NCBI GenBank assembly: GCA_963624615.1 | Contig: CAVFQN010000166.1 | Coordinates: 1 to 62,559 of the forward strand | Source of the DNA: Treponemataceae bacterium | Lineage (GTDB): Bacteria; Spirochaetota; Spirochaetia; Treponematales; Treponemataceae | Direction of reading: 5' to 3' | Length of the DNA: 62,559 bases | Shown: piece by piece, positions 27,502 through 37,926 of the stretch | Layout: the number at the start of each line of letters is the position of its first letter | Position numbering within the stretch: position 1 is the stretch's first letter | The notes under the pieces: generated by a model | Databases searched by the model: none | What the model was told of the DNA's origin: nothing | What the model saw: the letters and a program-made list of their open reading frames with translations, nothing else | Position numbers and translations under genes: made by a program

Positions 27502-28338
27502 ATGGCTAAAGAAAGAATAGACAAGCTTCTTGCCCACGAAGGTTTCGGTTCCAGGAAGGACATCAAAAAACTCCTGCGTTCCAGCCAGGTTCTTGTAAAC
27601 GGAACCAGGATTTTTGATCCGGGAACTCAGATTGACAAGGAAAATGACCGCATTTCTATTGATGACGAAGAAATTGATTTGCACGAACATATTTATCTGA
27701 TGATGAATAAACCCATGCACACCGTTTCTACAAACAAAGACGGCGAGCACCAGACAGTTTTTGACCTTCTTGACGATTCTCTCCGCACGCCCTATTTGCA
27801 GGAAAAACTTCATCTGGTCGGCCGTCTGGACATGGATACAGAAGGGCTTTTACTTTTTACGACAGACGGCGAACTTACCCATCGTCTTATTTCGCCAAAA
27901 TCTCACATTAATAAAACTTATTTTTGCGTTCTTCTGCATCCCGAAAGCGAGGAAAACAAAGCAGAAATTGCCAGGCTTTTTAACCAGGGAATTGCCGTAG
28001 GACCAGAAGATAACGAACCGGGCTTTACTTGCCAGAGTGCCCAAATTTCATGGGCCACAAAAGAGATTTATGATTACCAGACGGCAAATTCTTCAATCCA
28101 GGAAGGACTGGAAAAAGCAGGACTTGCCAGTGGTATAATCGAAAATCCGGAAAACCAGGTTGCCATTCTCACAATCTGCGAAGGTAAATATCATCAGGTA
28201 AAGAGGATGTTTGTAGCGGTGGGGAACAAAGTGATTTTTCTAAAACGCATTTCCATGGGGAATTTGCAGTTAGATCAAAATCTGGAACCAGGTCAGTATC
28301 TTTATCTTTCTGATGATGATTTGGAAAAATTGCAATAA
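27502..28338 (+). CDS. rsuA: 16S rRNA pseudouridine synthase, RsuA family
   Basis: S4 domain RIDKLL, MNKP, VGRLDMDTEGLLL and EGKYHQVKRM motifs. Confidence 0.85.
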   Translation: MAKERIDKLLAHEGFGSRKDIKKLLRSSQVLVNGTRIFDPGTQIDKENDRISIDDEEIDLHEHIYLMMNKPMHTVSTNKDGEHQTVFDLLDDSLRTPYLQEKLHLVGRLDMDTEGLLLFTTDGELTHRLISPKSHINKTYFCVLLHPESEENKAEIARLFNQGIAVGPEDNEPGFTCQSAQISWATKEIYDYQTANSSIQEGLEKAGLASGIIENPENQVAILTICEGKYHQVKRMFVAVGNKVIFLKRISMGNLQLDQNLEPGQYLYLSDDDLEKLQ

Positions 28339-28441
28339 GGTCTACAATCCCCTATCATTGTAAATCAAGCGGATTTTATATAAAATCTAAAAAAAAACAT
28401 CGGAAATGAGATAAAAAACTTCCTGCAACAGAGGAAAAAAA

Positions 28442-30118
28442 ATGACTGATATTGAAATTGCACAAAAAAATGTAATGGAGCCTATCACAAAAGTTGCTTC
28501 TAAAATTGGCATTGACGAAAATGGACTTGAACTTTACGGTCCTTACAAGGCAAAACTTTCATTCAAAGAATTACAGACATTACAACAAAAAGCTTCTACA
28601 AATCCTGGAAAGTTAATTCTAGTTACAGCTGTTACTCCAACTCCAGCCGGAGAAGGAAAATCGACAGTTTCTATCGGACTTGCTGATGGCTTAAATAAAA
28701 TTGGCAAAAAAACAGTTGTCGCCCTGCGAGAACCAAGTCTGGGACCTTGTTTTGGGGTAAAAGGCGGTGCTTGCGGCGGCGGTTACGCACAAATTGTCCC
28801 GATGGAAGACATAAATCTTCACTTTACCGGCGATATTCACGCAATTTCTATTGCAAATAATCTGATTGCAGCCCTTATCGACAACCACATTCAGCAGGGA
28901 AATACCCTGGGAATTGACCCTAGAACTATTTCCTGGAAACGCTGCGTTGATTTGAATGACCGCGCCCTCCGCAATATTGTGATTGGCCTTGGTGGCAGAA
29001 TGCAGGGAGTTCCCCGCGAAGATCATTTTACAATCGCAGTTGCATCAGAAATTATGGCAATTGTCTGCCTTTCAAAAACAATTTCTGAACTTAAAGAAAG
29101 AATTGACCGCATTGTGATTGGTCAAAATTACAACAAAGAAAATGTTACTTTTGGTCAGCTCAAATGCACAGGGGCTATAGCAGCCCTTTTAAAAGATGTT
29201 ATCAAACCAAATCTTGTTCAAACCCTGGAAAAAAATCCGGCTTTTGTTCACGGTGGACCTTTTGCCAACATTGCCCATGGCTGTAATTCTGTAAACGCAA
29301 CCATGTGTGCTCTTGCGACTGGTGATTATGTTGTTACAGAGGCAGGATTCGCCGCCGACCTGGGGGCAGAAAAATTCCTGGATATAAAATGCCGTTCTGC
29401 AGGCTTAAAACCTTCTGCAGTGGTGATTGTAGCTACAATCAGGGCTCTAAAAATGCACGGCGGACTTGCAAAAACTGAATTGTCGGCTCCAAATTGCCAG
29501 GCTCTGGAAAAAGGTTTTGCAAATCTCAAAACTCACATAGAAAATATTGCAAAATTCGGGCTGCCGGCTATTGTTGCCATCAACAAATTTATCACAGATT
29601 CTGATGACGAAATCAAACTTCTGGAAAAACTTTGTGCCGAAAATGGAGCAAAAGCCGTACTTTCGGAAGGTTGGGAAAAAGGCGGAGAAGGAACTGCAGA
29701 ACTCGCCCGCGCCGTAGTGGAAATTGCAGAAAGCGGTAAGGCTGATTATCACCCACTTTACGAACTGGATTTGCCACTTACAGAAAAAATCACAAAAATT
29801 GCCAAAGAAATTTACCGGGCAAAAGATGTGGAATTTGAGCCAGCCGCCCTCAAAAAACTCAAATCTTTTGAAGAAAACAGCTACGGCAATCTTCCTGTTT
29901 GCATCGCAAAAACACAAAACTCTATCAGCCACGACCCAAAATTGATTGGAGCACCGAGCGGATTTACATTCCCAGTTCGCGACGTTCAATTATATGCCGG
30001 GGCCGGATTCGTTGTAGCCCTTGCCGGAGACATAATGACCATGCCAGGACTTCCAAAAGCCCCAGCTGCATTAAATATTGATGTTGACGATGATGGTGTA
30101 ATTTCAGGATTATTCTAG
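28442..30118 (+). CDS. fhs: Formate--tetrahydrofolate ligase
   Basis: [32 protein letters not shown] and MTMPGLP motifs. Confidence 0.97.
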   Translation: MTDIEIAQKNVMEPITKVASKIGIDENGLELYGPYKAKLSFKELQTLQQKASTNPGKLILVTAVTPTPAGEGKSTVSIGLADGLNKIGKKTVVALREPSLGPCFGVKGGACGGGYAQIVPMEDINLHFTGDIHAISIANNLIAALIDNHIQQGNTLGIDPRTISWKRCVDLNDRALRNIVIGLGGRMQGVPREDHFTIAVASEIMAIVCLSKTISELKERIDRIVIGQNYNKENVTFGQLKCTGAIAALLKDVIKPNLVQTLEKNPAFVHGGPFANIAHGCNSVNATMCALATGDYVVTEAGFAADLGAEKFLDIKCRSAGLKPSAVVIVATIRALKMHGGLAKTELSAPNCQALEKGFANLKTHIENIAKFGLPAIVAINKFITDSDDEIKLLEKLCAENGAKAVLSEGWEKGGEGTAELARAVVEIAESGKADYHPLYELDLPLTEKITKIAKEIYRAKDVEFEPAALKKLKSFEENSYGNLPVCIAKTQNSISHDPKLIGAPSGFTFPVRDVQLYAGAGFVVALAGDIMTMPGLPKAPAALNIDVDDDGVISGLF

Positions 30119-30123
30119 GAATA

Positions 30124-31458
30124 TCATTCCGGGTTTGCCCCGGAATCTCCCAACTTTGTCTTTAGCTCCGCAATTTTAGCCGAAAGTTGCAGAGTCTTTT
30201 GATTTTGTCGAACGACTCGCTGGGCCAGGAGCTTAGAAAGGAAAATTCCGTAGTGTGGATTTTTGCGAATCAAGTTTACAAAAGATACCTTTGGAATTCG
30301 GATTAATTTTCCCTCGTCGGCAGACATAATCGTAGCAGAACGGCGGTCATTCAAAAGAAAGGCCATTTCACCAATAAACATATCGTTTGGTGTGAGAACC
30401 GAAATCAGTTTACCATTGGCATAAACGCCGTAACGTCCCGAAACAATAAAGTACAAATCGTTGGAAGGTTCGTTTTGTTTGCAAACAATTTCGTGACGTT
30501 TGAATTCAATCGTTTTAAACGGAATCATAATTCCAGGAACGGTGTTAGATGTATTCTGAATATTTTTAATGTCAAAAGTAACTTCGTTTCCTTTTTCGTT
30601 GTAACGCAAATCAGAAACTAAATCCACAGAAAGAGCAATTCCCCGACCGTGTGTTTCATCTACGGCAGGAGCTGCAGAAGAAATTTGCGATTTCCAATCA
30701 AAGCCAGGGCCTTCATCTTTAATTGTAAAAGTAGATTTTTCTTTTCCAATCACATAGTTTATTCTGATTTTTTTATTTACGTTTTCAGGAAGATTTCTTT
30801 TTTCATCAATCAATCTGATGATATTTCCGCCAGTCATCAAAAATTCAGTTTTTTCTTTGTAAGAAATACCGCAATTTCCGTGTTCCAGGGCGTTTGTCAA
30901 AAGCTCCATCAAAGTTGTCTGCAGGGCGTAACGTCCATCATCATCAATACGGTTACAACAATACAGGTAATTTACCAGAAAACTTGTGTAAAGGCGGATA
31001 TCCATAGGATCGTTATCACAAATAAAACCACCGGTTTCATCACTTCCCATGCGGTTTTGCATGCCACGATTAAAAAGGAATTGCTGATTTCGCCACAAAA
31101 CTTTCAGCAAACGGTCAAAATTATGCTTAAAATTACTTACAGTTTGAACAATCAAAATATTAGGATTTTTTCGATTTTCAATTTCTTCGGCAGCTTTTTT
31201 ATCACTGGCAATAGCAATAATGCCACCGTTGTGAAGCCAAGGGTCTGCGTTTATTGCAGCAAGAATTCGGTCACAATCCACATCTTCTGACGAAAAATCC
31301 AAAACTTTGATTTCTGGCAGTTCATAATCAATAAAACTCAAAGCTTCGTCAGTGTCCGGACAAAAAATCGGATCTAAATCATCAGAATAAGACTGACAGG
31401 CATTTCTTACAAGTTCCAAAATCTCTGCATTGCTGGAAGTAACTAAAATCTTTTTCAT
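30124..31458 (-). CDS. Receiver-like + HATPase_c (RsbW-type) + cyclic-nucleotide-binding domain protein
   Basis: REC-like N-terminus (IKVLD); ELLTNALEHGN, DEGPGF and HGRGI ATPase motifs; FIGEMAF...RRSAT cNMP cassette. Confidence 0.8.
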   Translation of the reverse strand: MKKILVTSSNAEILELVRNACQSYSDDLDPIFCPDTDEALSFIDYELPEIKVLDFSSEDVDCDRILAAINADPWLHNGGIIAIASDKKAAEEIENRKNPNILIVQTVSNFKHNFDRLLKVLWRNQQFLFNRGMQNRMGSDETGGFICDNDPMDIRLYTSFLVNYLYCCNRIDDDGRYALQTTLMELLTNALEHGNCGISYKEKTEFLMTGGNIIRLIDEKRNLPENVNKKIRINYVIGKEKSTFTIKDEGPGFDWKSQISSAAPAVDETHGRGIALSVDLVSDLRYNEKGNEVTFDIKNIQNTSNTVPGIMIPFKTIEFKRHEIVCKQNEPSNDLYFIVSGRYGVYANGKLISVLTPNDMFIGEMAFLLNDRRSATIMSADEGKLIRIPKVSFVNLIRKNPHYGIFLSKLLAQRVVRQNQKTLQLSAKIAELKTKLGDSGANPE

Positions 31459-31488
31459 AAAATCCTACTTTTTTTAGAATATAATTAT

Positions 31489-31534
31489 GGGCATCTTTGA
31501 AAAATCACCGTCAATGTTTTTTTCAGAGATGCCC
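31489..31534. repeat. Palindromic repeat family copy (module D) just downstream of the tRNA
   Basis: GGGCATCTTTGAAAAA...TTTTTCAGAGATGCCC. Confidence 0.85.
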
Positions 31535-31545
31535 AGTTAAAAATA

Positions 31546-31619
31546 TGGTCCAGATGCGATTCGAACGCACTACCTGTCGCTTAGGAGGCGACCGCTCTAT
31601 CCAAGTGAGCTACAGGACC
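31546..31619 (-). tRNA. tRNA-Arg (anticodon CCT); CCA not encoded
   Basis: GGTCCTGTAGCTCACTTGGATAGAGCGGTCGCCTCCTAAGCGACAGGTAGTGCGTTCGAATCGCATCTGGACCA folds as a cloverleaf; anticodon loop CT-CCT-AA. Confidence 0.95.
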
Positions 31620-31670
31620 TAAAATACAATCTTACTATACCAAATATTCAAAAAAAAATCAGAAAAAAAT

Positions 31671-32510
31671 TTAAAAATCGTAATAAACACCAGGTTTTGC
31701 CAGCCCTTTAAAGCCATCAACCAAAGCGTCAATGCTATTTACGCTGTCACTATAATGACAAAGATACATTTTTGACCGGATTTCTGGGGGCAAGGTACAA
31801 AGCTGGTCATAAGAAGCATGAACCCCAGAAGAATAACCGGAAACATCACAATCCTGGAAAATATATTCGATATTTTTATATTTGGTCAAAAGAAAACGAA
31901 GCTGGGGTTCATTAAACTGGGTATCGCCAGTAAAAAGGATTTTTTCGTCAATCAAAACCCCGTAGGAAAGTTGGGAATCCTTAAAAGAGTCTGGCCTTGT
32001 TGTAACATGGCGGGTACGAAAAAGTTTCAAATCAATATTCCCCAATTCTGCATGATAAATTTCAAAAGGCTTTTTCAAAATCCGCTCATTGGGGATTTCC
32101 GTAAAATAATCCTCAAATTTCATTTTGCCGCTTTCGCTAAACTGAATTCCACCCCGTAAAGATTCGTTCCACAACTTTTTTTTGAAAGGTTTTGGGATAA
32201 TGATATTAACCGTCTGTTTTGTGATGTAACGACCAATCAAAACCATTTCCTCAACCCCTCCAATATGGTCTGCGTGAGGGTGGGTCAAAATCACATTACG
32301 AATTTGCGAAATTTTTGTATTGTAAATTTTTTCGAAAATATAAGGACAAAGAGTTCCGCAGTCAATTAAAATATGCTCTTGCCCTTTTATGATTAAGAGA
32401 TTATTTTGATAATGTGTTTTAGAAAAGGCTGTCCCCGTTCCTATAAAGAAAAGTGATAGTTGACCATCATTTGTCAATTCTATTGTCTTTTTAAATTGCT
32501 TTTCTGTCAT
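31671..32510 (-). CDS. MBL-fold metallo-hydrolase (RNase Z/phosphodiesterase-like)
   Basis: GTGTAF, IDCG, THPHADHIGG, FTGDT, VHAS and LCHY motifs. Confidence 0.85.
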   Translation of the reverse strand: MTEKQFKKTIELTNDGQLSLFFIGTGTAFSKTHYQNNLLIIKGQEHILIDCGTLCPYIFEKIYNTKISQIRNVILTHPHADHIGGVEEMVLIGRYITKQTVNIIIPKPFKKKLWNESLRGGIQFSESGKMKFEDYFTEIPNERILKKPFEIYHAELGNIDLKLFRTRHVTTRPDSFKDSQLSYGVLIDEKILFTGDTQFNEPQLRFLLTKYKNIEYIFQDCDVSGYSSGVHASYDQLCTLPPEIRSKMYLCHYSDSVNSIDALVDGFKGLAKPGVYYDF

Positions 32511-32519
32511 TTCTTCCCA

Positions 32520-33164
32520 TTATAACACACATTTATGGATTTGGTATACTTCCTCCACCCCGGAAACAAGAATACCCCCCATTCCCATTTCCAAGGGGAG
32601 GGCTATATCCATATCATAACGGTCACCAAGGGCCAGGCATTCTTCTGCTTTTACACCAAGCCTTTCTACAGCCGTCATAAAAGGTTCAATGGCAGGTTTA
32701 GATTTAAAACAAGTATCCAACCCGACAATTTCCGGGAAAAAATCAGACACCCCGATTGCCTCCAGAGTTTTTCGGGCCGGCAAAACAGGATTATTTGTAA
32801 CACATATCATTTTAAAGGATTTTTGCAAAATTGACATTTCATCTACGAGTTTTGCGTCATAACCCAGAAAATTTTGGGGTTCTAAAAGAGATTTTCGCCA
32901 TTCTACGCTCTGTTCTATTGGAACTCCAAAGGCAAGCAGGGTATTTCCCAGGCTCACCTTGCGGCCATCGTGTTCACTGGCAAACTTTTTTCGATAGTCT
33001 GCAACCATTCTTCGCCCCAGGTCCGCAGCTATCCCCCTTACCCTGGCAAATTCCCGCACCTGGCAATCCACCTGCTCAAAAGCATAAGCAGGATTTGTAT
33101 ACAAAGTTGAATCAATATCAAAAATAATGGCTTTAAGATTTTGTGGAATTTTATAAATTTTCAT
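32520..33164 (-). CDS. HAD-family hydrolase
   Basis: FDIDSTLY, VTNN, SKP and GDRYDMD motifs; start overlaps the upstream kinase stop. Confidence 0.85.
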   Translation of the reverse strand: MKIYKIPQNLKAIIFDIDSTLYTNPAYAFEQVDCQVREFARVRGIAADLGRRMVADYRKKFASEHDGRKVSLGNTLLAFGVPIEQSVEWRKSLLEPQNFLGYDAKLVDEMSILQKSFKMICVTNNPVLPARKTLEAIGVSDFFPEIVGLDTCFKSKPAIEPFMTAVERLGVKAEECLALGDRYDMDIALPLEMGMGGILVSGVEEVYQIHKCVL

Positions 33165-34434
33165 AGATTTTTTCCTCTCGGACAATGTTTTCGGCCGCTT
33201 CCTGCAAGGTCTGATATTTTCCCAAAGCCGTAAAAGCCAGACAGGCGTCGCCCAAAAGTTCTGCATGAACACTCTGACAAACTGCAAGTTTTAGTCCAAG
33301 ATAGCGGGCTTTATCTGCCATCAAAATATCGTCTTTTGCCTGGCCTCCAGTCACAATCATTTTGTCTGGAAATTCAGTATTGTTTTTCTGAGCAAGATTT
33401 CGCAGGGTAGCCAGGGCACTTTTTGCAAAATCCAGGCGGGCTGTTTCGCTGAGTTTAGAACTGTCGGGCAAAAGAAGGGAAACGTTCCAAAGCCCCGGAA
33501 TTACAGATGGCAGAGAGCGAACGCCAGGAAAATCGTGAAGGTCAAGGCCGTTTGCTGCGGTGGTGGCAGGGCTTTCGGTGGTGGCTGGATTTTCGGCGAC
33601 AGAATCTCCGTTGGTAGCATTTTCTTCCGCCTGCCCGCCCGCAAAAGCCGGCAGACAAAAATTAAAACCTTCAGAAGAACCACATCTGTCACAAAGGCGG
33701 CCAGCTTTCAAAGTTTTAGTTCCAATTAAAGCTGCAACAAAATCCGGCCCCGCAGAAAAAACTGGAAGCCCAGAAGGCAAATTGTAATTTTCCGCCATTT
33801 CGCCAGTCAGATAGCCACAAACCTGGCCAAGGTTAACGTAAGGCGGCATTTTTTCAAGCGGAATACCGCAAACTTCCAAAGCCCCCCTATCCCAATAAGC
33901 CGGAATAAAACGTTTTTCGGGAAGCAAAGTCACCGCTCGACCAGTCAATTTATAAATTAAAAACTCCGGTCCCGAAAAAATATATTTTGATTGAGAAAAA
34001 ACTTCCGGATATTTTTTTTGAAACAAGAGAATTCGGGGAATAAAAAGTGAAGTTCCAGTTTTTTGATGGGAAAAACTTTCTTGGGAAGGCGATTTTTCAT
34101 CCTCATTCCACCTTAAAGTTAATCCCGACTGCGAAACAAGGGTCGGCCCGTTGCCGGAAAGAGACATGGCTTTTATCAAAAACTTGCAGCCAGCCCCACC
34201 CTTGGTGTTTTTTTGACCCCCAACCTCGTTTTTCTTTTGCCCCCCACCCTCAATTTTCTTTAGGATTTCTGTGATGACGATTTTTAAGCCCAATTCCCAT
34301 TGTCTTGCAATAAAAAGGTCTTGAGGATTTGGAAAATCGTATGATGAAAAAGAAACGACTTCCCCATCGGCAGTAATTAAACCAGCTTTTAAGGAAGTCG
34401 TCCCAATGTCCACACAGAGAACAGCTTCAGTCAT
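33151..34434 (-). CDS. FGGY-family carbohydrate kinase (xylulokinase-like), C-terminal domain shortened
   Basis: VDIGTTSLKA, SGNGPT, GPDFVAALIG, GSSEG and VTGGQAK motifs. Confidence 0.75.
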   Translation of the reverse strand: MTEAVLCVDIGTTSLKAGLITADGEVVSFSSYDFPNPQDLFIARQWELGLKIVITEILKKIEGGGQKKNEVGGQKNTKGGAGCKFLIKAMSLSGNGPTLVSQSGLTLRWNEDEKSPSQESFSHQKTGTSLFIPRILLFQKKYPEVFSQSKYIFSGPEFLIYKLTGRAVTLLPEKRFIPAYWDRGALEVCGIPLEKMPPYVNLGQVCGYLTGEMAENYNLPSGLPVFSAGPDFVAALIGTKTLKAGRLCDRCGSSEGFNFCLPAFAGGQAEENATNGDSVAENPATTESPATTAANGLDLHDFPGVRSLPSVIPGLWNVSLLLPDSSKLSETARLDFAKSALATLRNLAQKNNTEFPDKMIVTGGQAKDDILMADKARYLGLKLAVCQSVHAELLGDACLAFTALGKYQTLQEAAENIVREEKIYENL

Positions 34435-35708
34435 TATTTTTTCTGAGCTTCGCTGTTTTCTGCAAGTGTATCTTTAACTTTTACAACTTTTTCGATGATG
34501 TTGCGGTTATCAAGCAATTCGCTCAAAGACTGATTGTAGTGAATGCGAGTGATTACATTTGCAAAAAGTCCACTTACGTCTGTAGAAATGTACCATTCGC
34601 GGTTCAACAATTCTTCGTGATAAACAGCATTTGTACCAATAATTCGGTAGAACAAGCCCTGTTTATAAGCCTCGTCGAACAATTCTATAGCGTTTCCTGT
34701 AAAGAAAGGAAGACTGATTGCACAAATAACTTTTGTAGCCCCCTGTTCTTTCAAAAAGCCCATAGCCTTGAGTAAAGTTCCTCCAGTTCCCAGCATATCA
34801 TCAGCCAGGAAGGCAACTTTGCCCTTTACATCACCAAGAAGTTTTACAGATTTGATGTTTGTAGAATGTGCATCTTGAGTAACAATCGAATAATCACGCT
34901 CTTTGTAAATCATAGCAAGCGGAAGTTTTAAACCAGAAGCGTAGAACTTATTTCGGTCAATGGCACCAGTATCTGGCGATACAATAACCATATCCTCGGA
35001 CTTACCCGAAAGATCAACGATTTTTGAAAGTTCACGGATAATCTGGTAACTTGCGTGTAAGTTATCAAGATTGCAGCAAGAAAATGCGTTAGGAATTTCG
35101 CGGGAATGCAAATCAAGAGTGATGATTCTGGAAACACCCTGCATTTCGTAAATATGGCCCAAAAGACTTGCAGTAAGCCCTTCTCGGCCCTTTCGTTTGT
35201 GCTGACGAGCGTATGGATAAGCCGGAACAACCAAAGTGATCTTTCCTGCCCCTGCCATACGAACAGCATCAATTGTAACCAGCAACGACATAACGTGATC
35301 GTTTACCGTCATCCGAATCTGGTTCTTACCATCGTTCATATTAAGAACTTCATGGTTTTCAACATCCTGGAAAATAAAAACATCTTTTCCGCGGACAGTG
35401 TCTAAAAGTTCGGTCTTAACCTCACCGTTAGCAAAATAAGTAAACCGTGCATCAACCTTGAATACAGGCGGTCTGTACTTATCTGTAGCACCTCTTATAC
35501 AAAGATCACTAGTTTGCAAATCATTTTGCAAATTAATTCTCTGCACAAGCTCTTCTTTACTCAGTCCATAACGCTTAGATATAACATCGTTCTTCAATGT
35601 GAAGCGGTGTTTATACATGTGTTTAAGGTGCGTTATGACCTCATTGGCGAAAGCTTCGCCACCTGGACACGCAACAATCGCTAGACTTGTTGGCTCGGTA
35701 TAAGGCAT
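34434..35708 (-). CDS. prs: Ribose-phosphate pyrophosphokinase
   Basis: FANGE, YPYARQ, DLHS, VSPDTG and LADDMLGTGGT motifs. Confidence 0.93.
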   Translation of the reverse strand: MPYTEPTSLAIVACPGGEAFANEVITHLKHMYKHRFTLKNDVISKRYGLSKEELVQRINLQNDLQTSDLCIRGATDKYRPPVFKVDARFTYFANGEVKTELLDTVRGKDVFIFQDVENHEVLNMNDGKNQIRMTVNDHVMSLLVTIDAVRMAGAGKITLVVPAYPYARQHKRKGREGLTASLLGHIYEMQGVSRIITLDLHSREIPNAFSCCNLDNLHASYQIIRELSKIVDLSGKSEDMVIVSPDTGAIDRNKFYASGLKLPLAMIYKERDYSIVTQDAHSTNIKSVKLLGDVKGKVAFLADDMLGTGGTLLKAMGFLKEQGATKVICAISLPFFTGNAIELFDEAYKQGLFYRIIGTNAVYHEELLNREWYISTDVSGLFANVITRIHYNQSLSELLDNRNIIEKVVKVKDTLAENSEAQKK

Positions 35709-35836
35709 ATTAGACCTCTTTTATAGTGGGATTTGATAATGAATATTACCATTTTTCAAAGATTACTACAATATTTTTGTATTTTTTGGGCGCCACCCCT
35801 AAAGGGGGCGGCCCTTCCGCAGTTCGGTAACCCTCA

Positions 35837-35873
35837 AACAAAAAAGCCCCGCAAATAGCGGGGCTTTTTTGTT
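35837..35873. terminator. Bidirectional intrinsic terminator downstream of tkt
   Basis: AACAAAAAAGCCCCGC-AAATA-GCGGGGCTTTTTTGTT. Confidence 0.85.
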
Positions 35874-35927
35874 CAGCTTCGGCTGTAGCAACAGCCTTCG
35901 CTGCTGCTACACGGCCTGGCGCAAGTC

Positions 35928-37904
35928 TTACTTATTCAATAATTTAGCCAGTTCTGCTGGTGTAAAGCCCATATCTTCAGCAACTTTGTTTGCAGGACCA
36001 GACTCACCAAAACGGTCAATACAGAAACAATTTTCTTTGTCTGTGAACTGCAGCCATTCCATAGAAATTCCAGCTTCAGTACAAACAATGCGTTTTGCAT
36101 TTCCAGTAATTTTATCCTGCTCAGCTTTAGAAAGCCCTGAGAATTTCTTCAAATCTGGAACAGAAACTACACGAATAGATTTTCCGCTGACAAGTTTAAC
36201 AGCAGCCAAAGCCATATTAACTTCAGAACCACTAGCCAAAATTGTAATATCAGGATTTGCTGCTCCTTCGAGTACAACATAAGCACCCTTAGAAGCCATA
36301 TTTTCTTTCCAGTTTTTATCAGCTTTTTCGTAAACTGCAAGTGCCTGTCGGGTAAAGGCCATACAAACAGGGTGATCTTTTGAAGCGTAAGCAATTTTCC
36401 AGGCTTCCATAGATTCTTCTGGATCACCAGGGCGAAGAGCCTGAACTCCAGGAATTGCACGGAGAGAAGTCATTGTTTCAATTGGCTGATGAGTTGGGCC
36501 GTCTTCACCAACGTAAATAGAATCGTGAGTGAATACGTAAATTACAGGCTGTTTCATCAAAGAAACAACTCGCAAAGAACCACGCAAATAATCAGCAAAA
36601 ACAAGGAATGTAGCACAGAATGGTCGCAAACCTCCATGCAAAGCAATTCCGGCAGCAACTGCAGACATAGCAAATTCACGAATACCGTACTCAATTGTAC
36701 GACCTTTGCGGTTTGCCGGGCTGAATGTTCCGTTATCTGTATCTTTGAAAGCAGTTTTGTTTGGTCCCATAAGGTCAGCAGAACCACCAACCAGGTTACC
36801 ATAGCGGGCTGCAATTACGTTCAAAGCCTTTCCTGAAGCGTCGCGAGTAGCACAAGCATCGCCAACCTTGTATTCAACGTCTTTTACATCAGGATTTGTT
36901 ACGCCATCAGCATGGAAAGCATCCCATTCCTTTTTAAGTTCAGGATTTTCTTTTGCCCAGGCAGCAAATTCTGCATCCCAATCAGCTTCAGCTTTTGCAA
37001 ATGCAGCTTTTTTGTCTTCAAAATATTTGTAAGCTTCTGGAACAACGTAGAAATCTTTATCAGCTGGAAGTCCAAGATTTTTCTTTGCTTCGATAATTCC
37101 TTCAGCACCAAGAGGAGCTCCATGAACATCGGCTTTACCCTGTTTTGGAGCACCTTTTCCGATAATAGATTTAAGCATGATTAAAGAAGGCTGATCTTTG
37201 TTTGCTTTAGCTTCATTTACCAGTTTTACAATGCCTTCAACATCATACATATCACCTTTCAAAACCTGCCAGCCATAAGCTTCGTAGCGTTTTGCAATAT
37301 CATCTGTAAAAGTAATATCTGTACAACCGTCAATAGAAATCTTATTTTCATCGTAGAATACGATCAATTTTCCAAGTTTAAGATTTCCGGCCAAAGAAGA
37401 AGCTTCTGATGCAACGCCTTCCTGCAAACAACCTTCACCCACCAATGAATATGTGTAGTGGTCAACAATAGTGTGCTTTGGAGTGTTGAATTTAGCTGCC
37501 AGCATAGATTCTGCAAGAGCCATACCAACAGCCATTGAAACGCCCTGTCCCAAAGGACCTGCTGTACATTCAACGCCGTCTGTTTCACCATATTCTGGAT
37601 GACCTGGACATTTTGAACCAACCTGGCGGAAATTTTTAATATCGTCCATAGAAACTTTATATCCAGCCAAATGGAGGATTGAATAAAGCAACATAGAACC
37701 ATGACCTGCAGAAAGAACAAAACGGTCTCTATCAGCCCATTTTGAATCAGCAGGATTGTGCTTCATTACTTCGCCGTAAAGAACTGCAGCTGCTTCTGCT
37801 GCACCAAGTGGAAGGCCAGGATGACCTGAATTTGCCTTCTGAATAGCGTCCATTGACAAGCTGCGGATAGAAAGTGCAACTGCCTCAACACCTTTTTTGT
37901 CCAT
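35928..37904 (-). CDS. tkt: Transketolase
   Basis: SGHPG, DRFVLSAGHGS, GPLGQG, YGIREFAM and GEDGPTHQP motifs. Confidence 0.97.
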   Translation of the reverse strand: MDKKGVEAVALSIRSLSMDAIQKANSGHPGLPLGAAEAAAVLYGEVMKHNPADSKWADRDRFVLSAGHGSMLLYSILHLAGYKVSMDDIKNFRQVGSKCPGHPEYGETDGVECTAGPLGQGVSMAVGMALAESMLAAKFNTPKHTIVDHYTYSLVGEGCLQEGVASEASSLAGNLKLGKLIVFYDENKISIDGCTDITFTDDIAKRYEAYGWQVLKGDMYDVEGIVKLVNEAKANKDQPSLIMLKSIIGKGAPKQGKADVHGAPLGAEGIIEAKKNLGLPADKDFYVVPEAYKYFEDKKAAFAKAEADWDAEFAAWAKENPELKKEWDAFHADGVTNPDVKDVEYKVGDACATRDASGKALNVIAARYGNLVGGSADLMGPNKTAFKDTDNGTFSPANRKGRTIEYGIREFAMSAVAAGIALHGGLRPFCATFLVFADYLRGSLRVVSLMKQPVIYVFTHDSIYVGEDGPTHQPIETMTSLRAIPGVQALRPGDPEESMEAWKIAYASKDHPVCMAFTRQALAVYEKADKNWKENMASKGAYVVLEGAANPDITILASGSEVNMALAAVKLVSGKSIRVVSVPDLKKFSGLSKAEQDKITGNAKRIVCTEAGISMEWLQFTDKENCFCIDRFGESGPANKVAEDMGFTPAELAKLLNK

Positions 37905-37926
37905 AAATAAACCTCGAGGATAAAAT

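Noticed and set aside
28339..28441. THF or ZTP riboswitch before fhs (also SAM/B12 before metH, ZTP before the purH-like gene)
   Set aside because: The leaders are short, AT-rich or low-complexity and I could not match conserved aptamer motifs; an Rfam scan would settle it
31460..31670. tRNA-Arg as the integration site of a genomic island
   Set aside because: No integrase and no duplicated tRNA 3' end seen; the flanks are ordinary chromosomal genes
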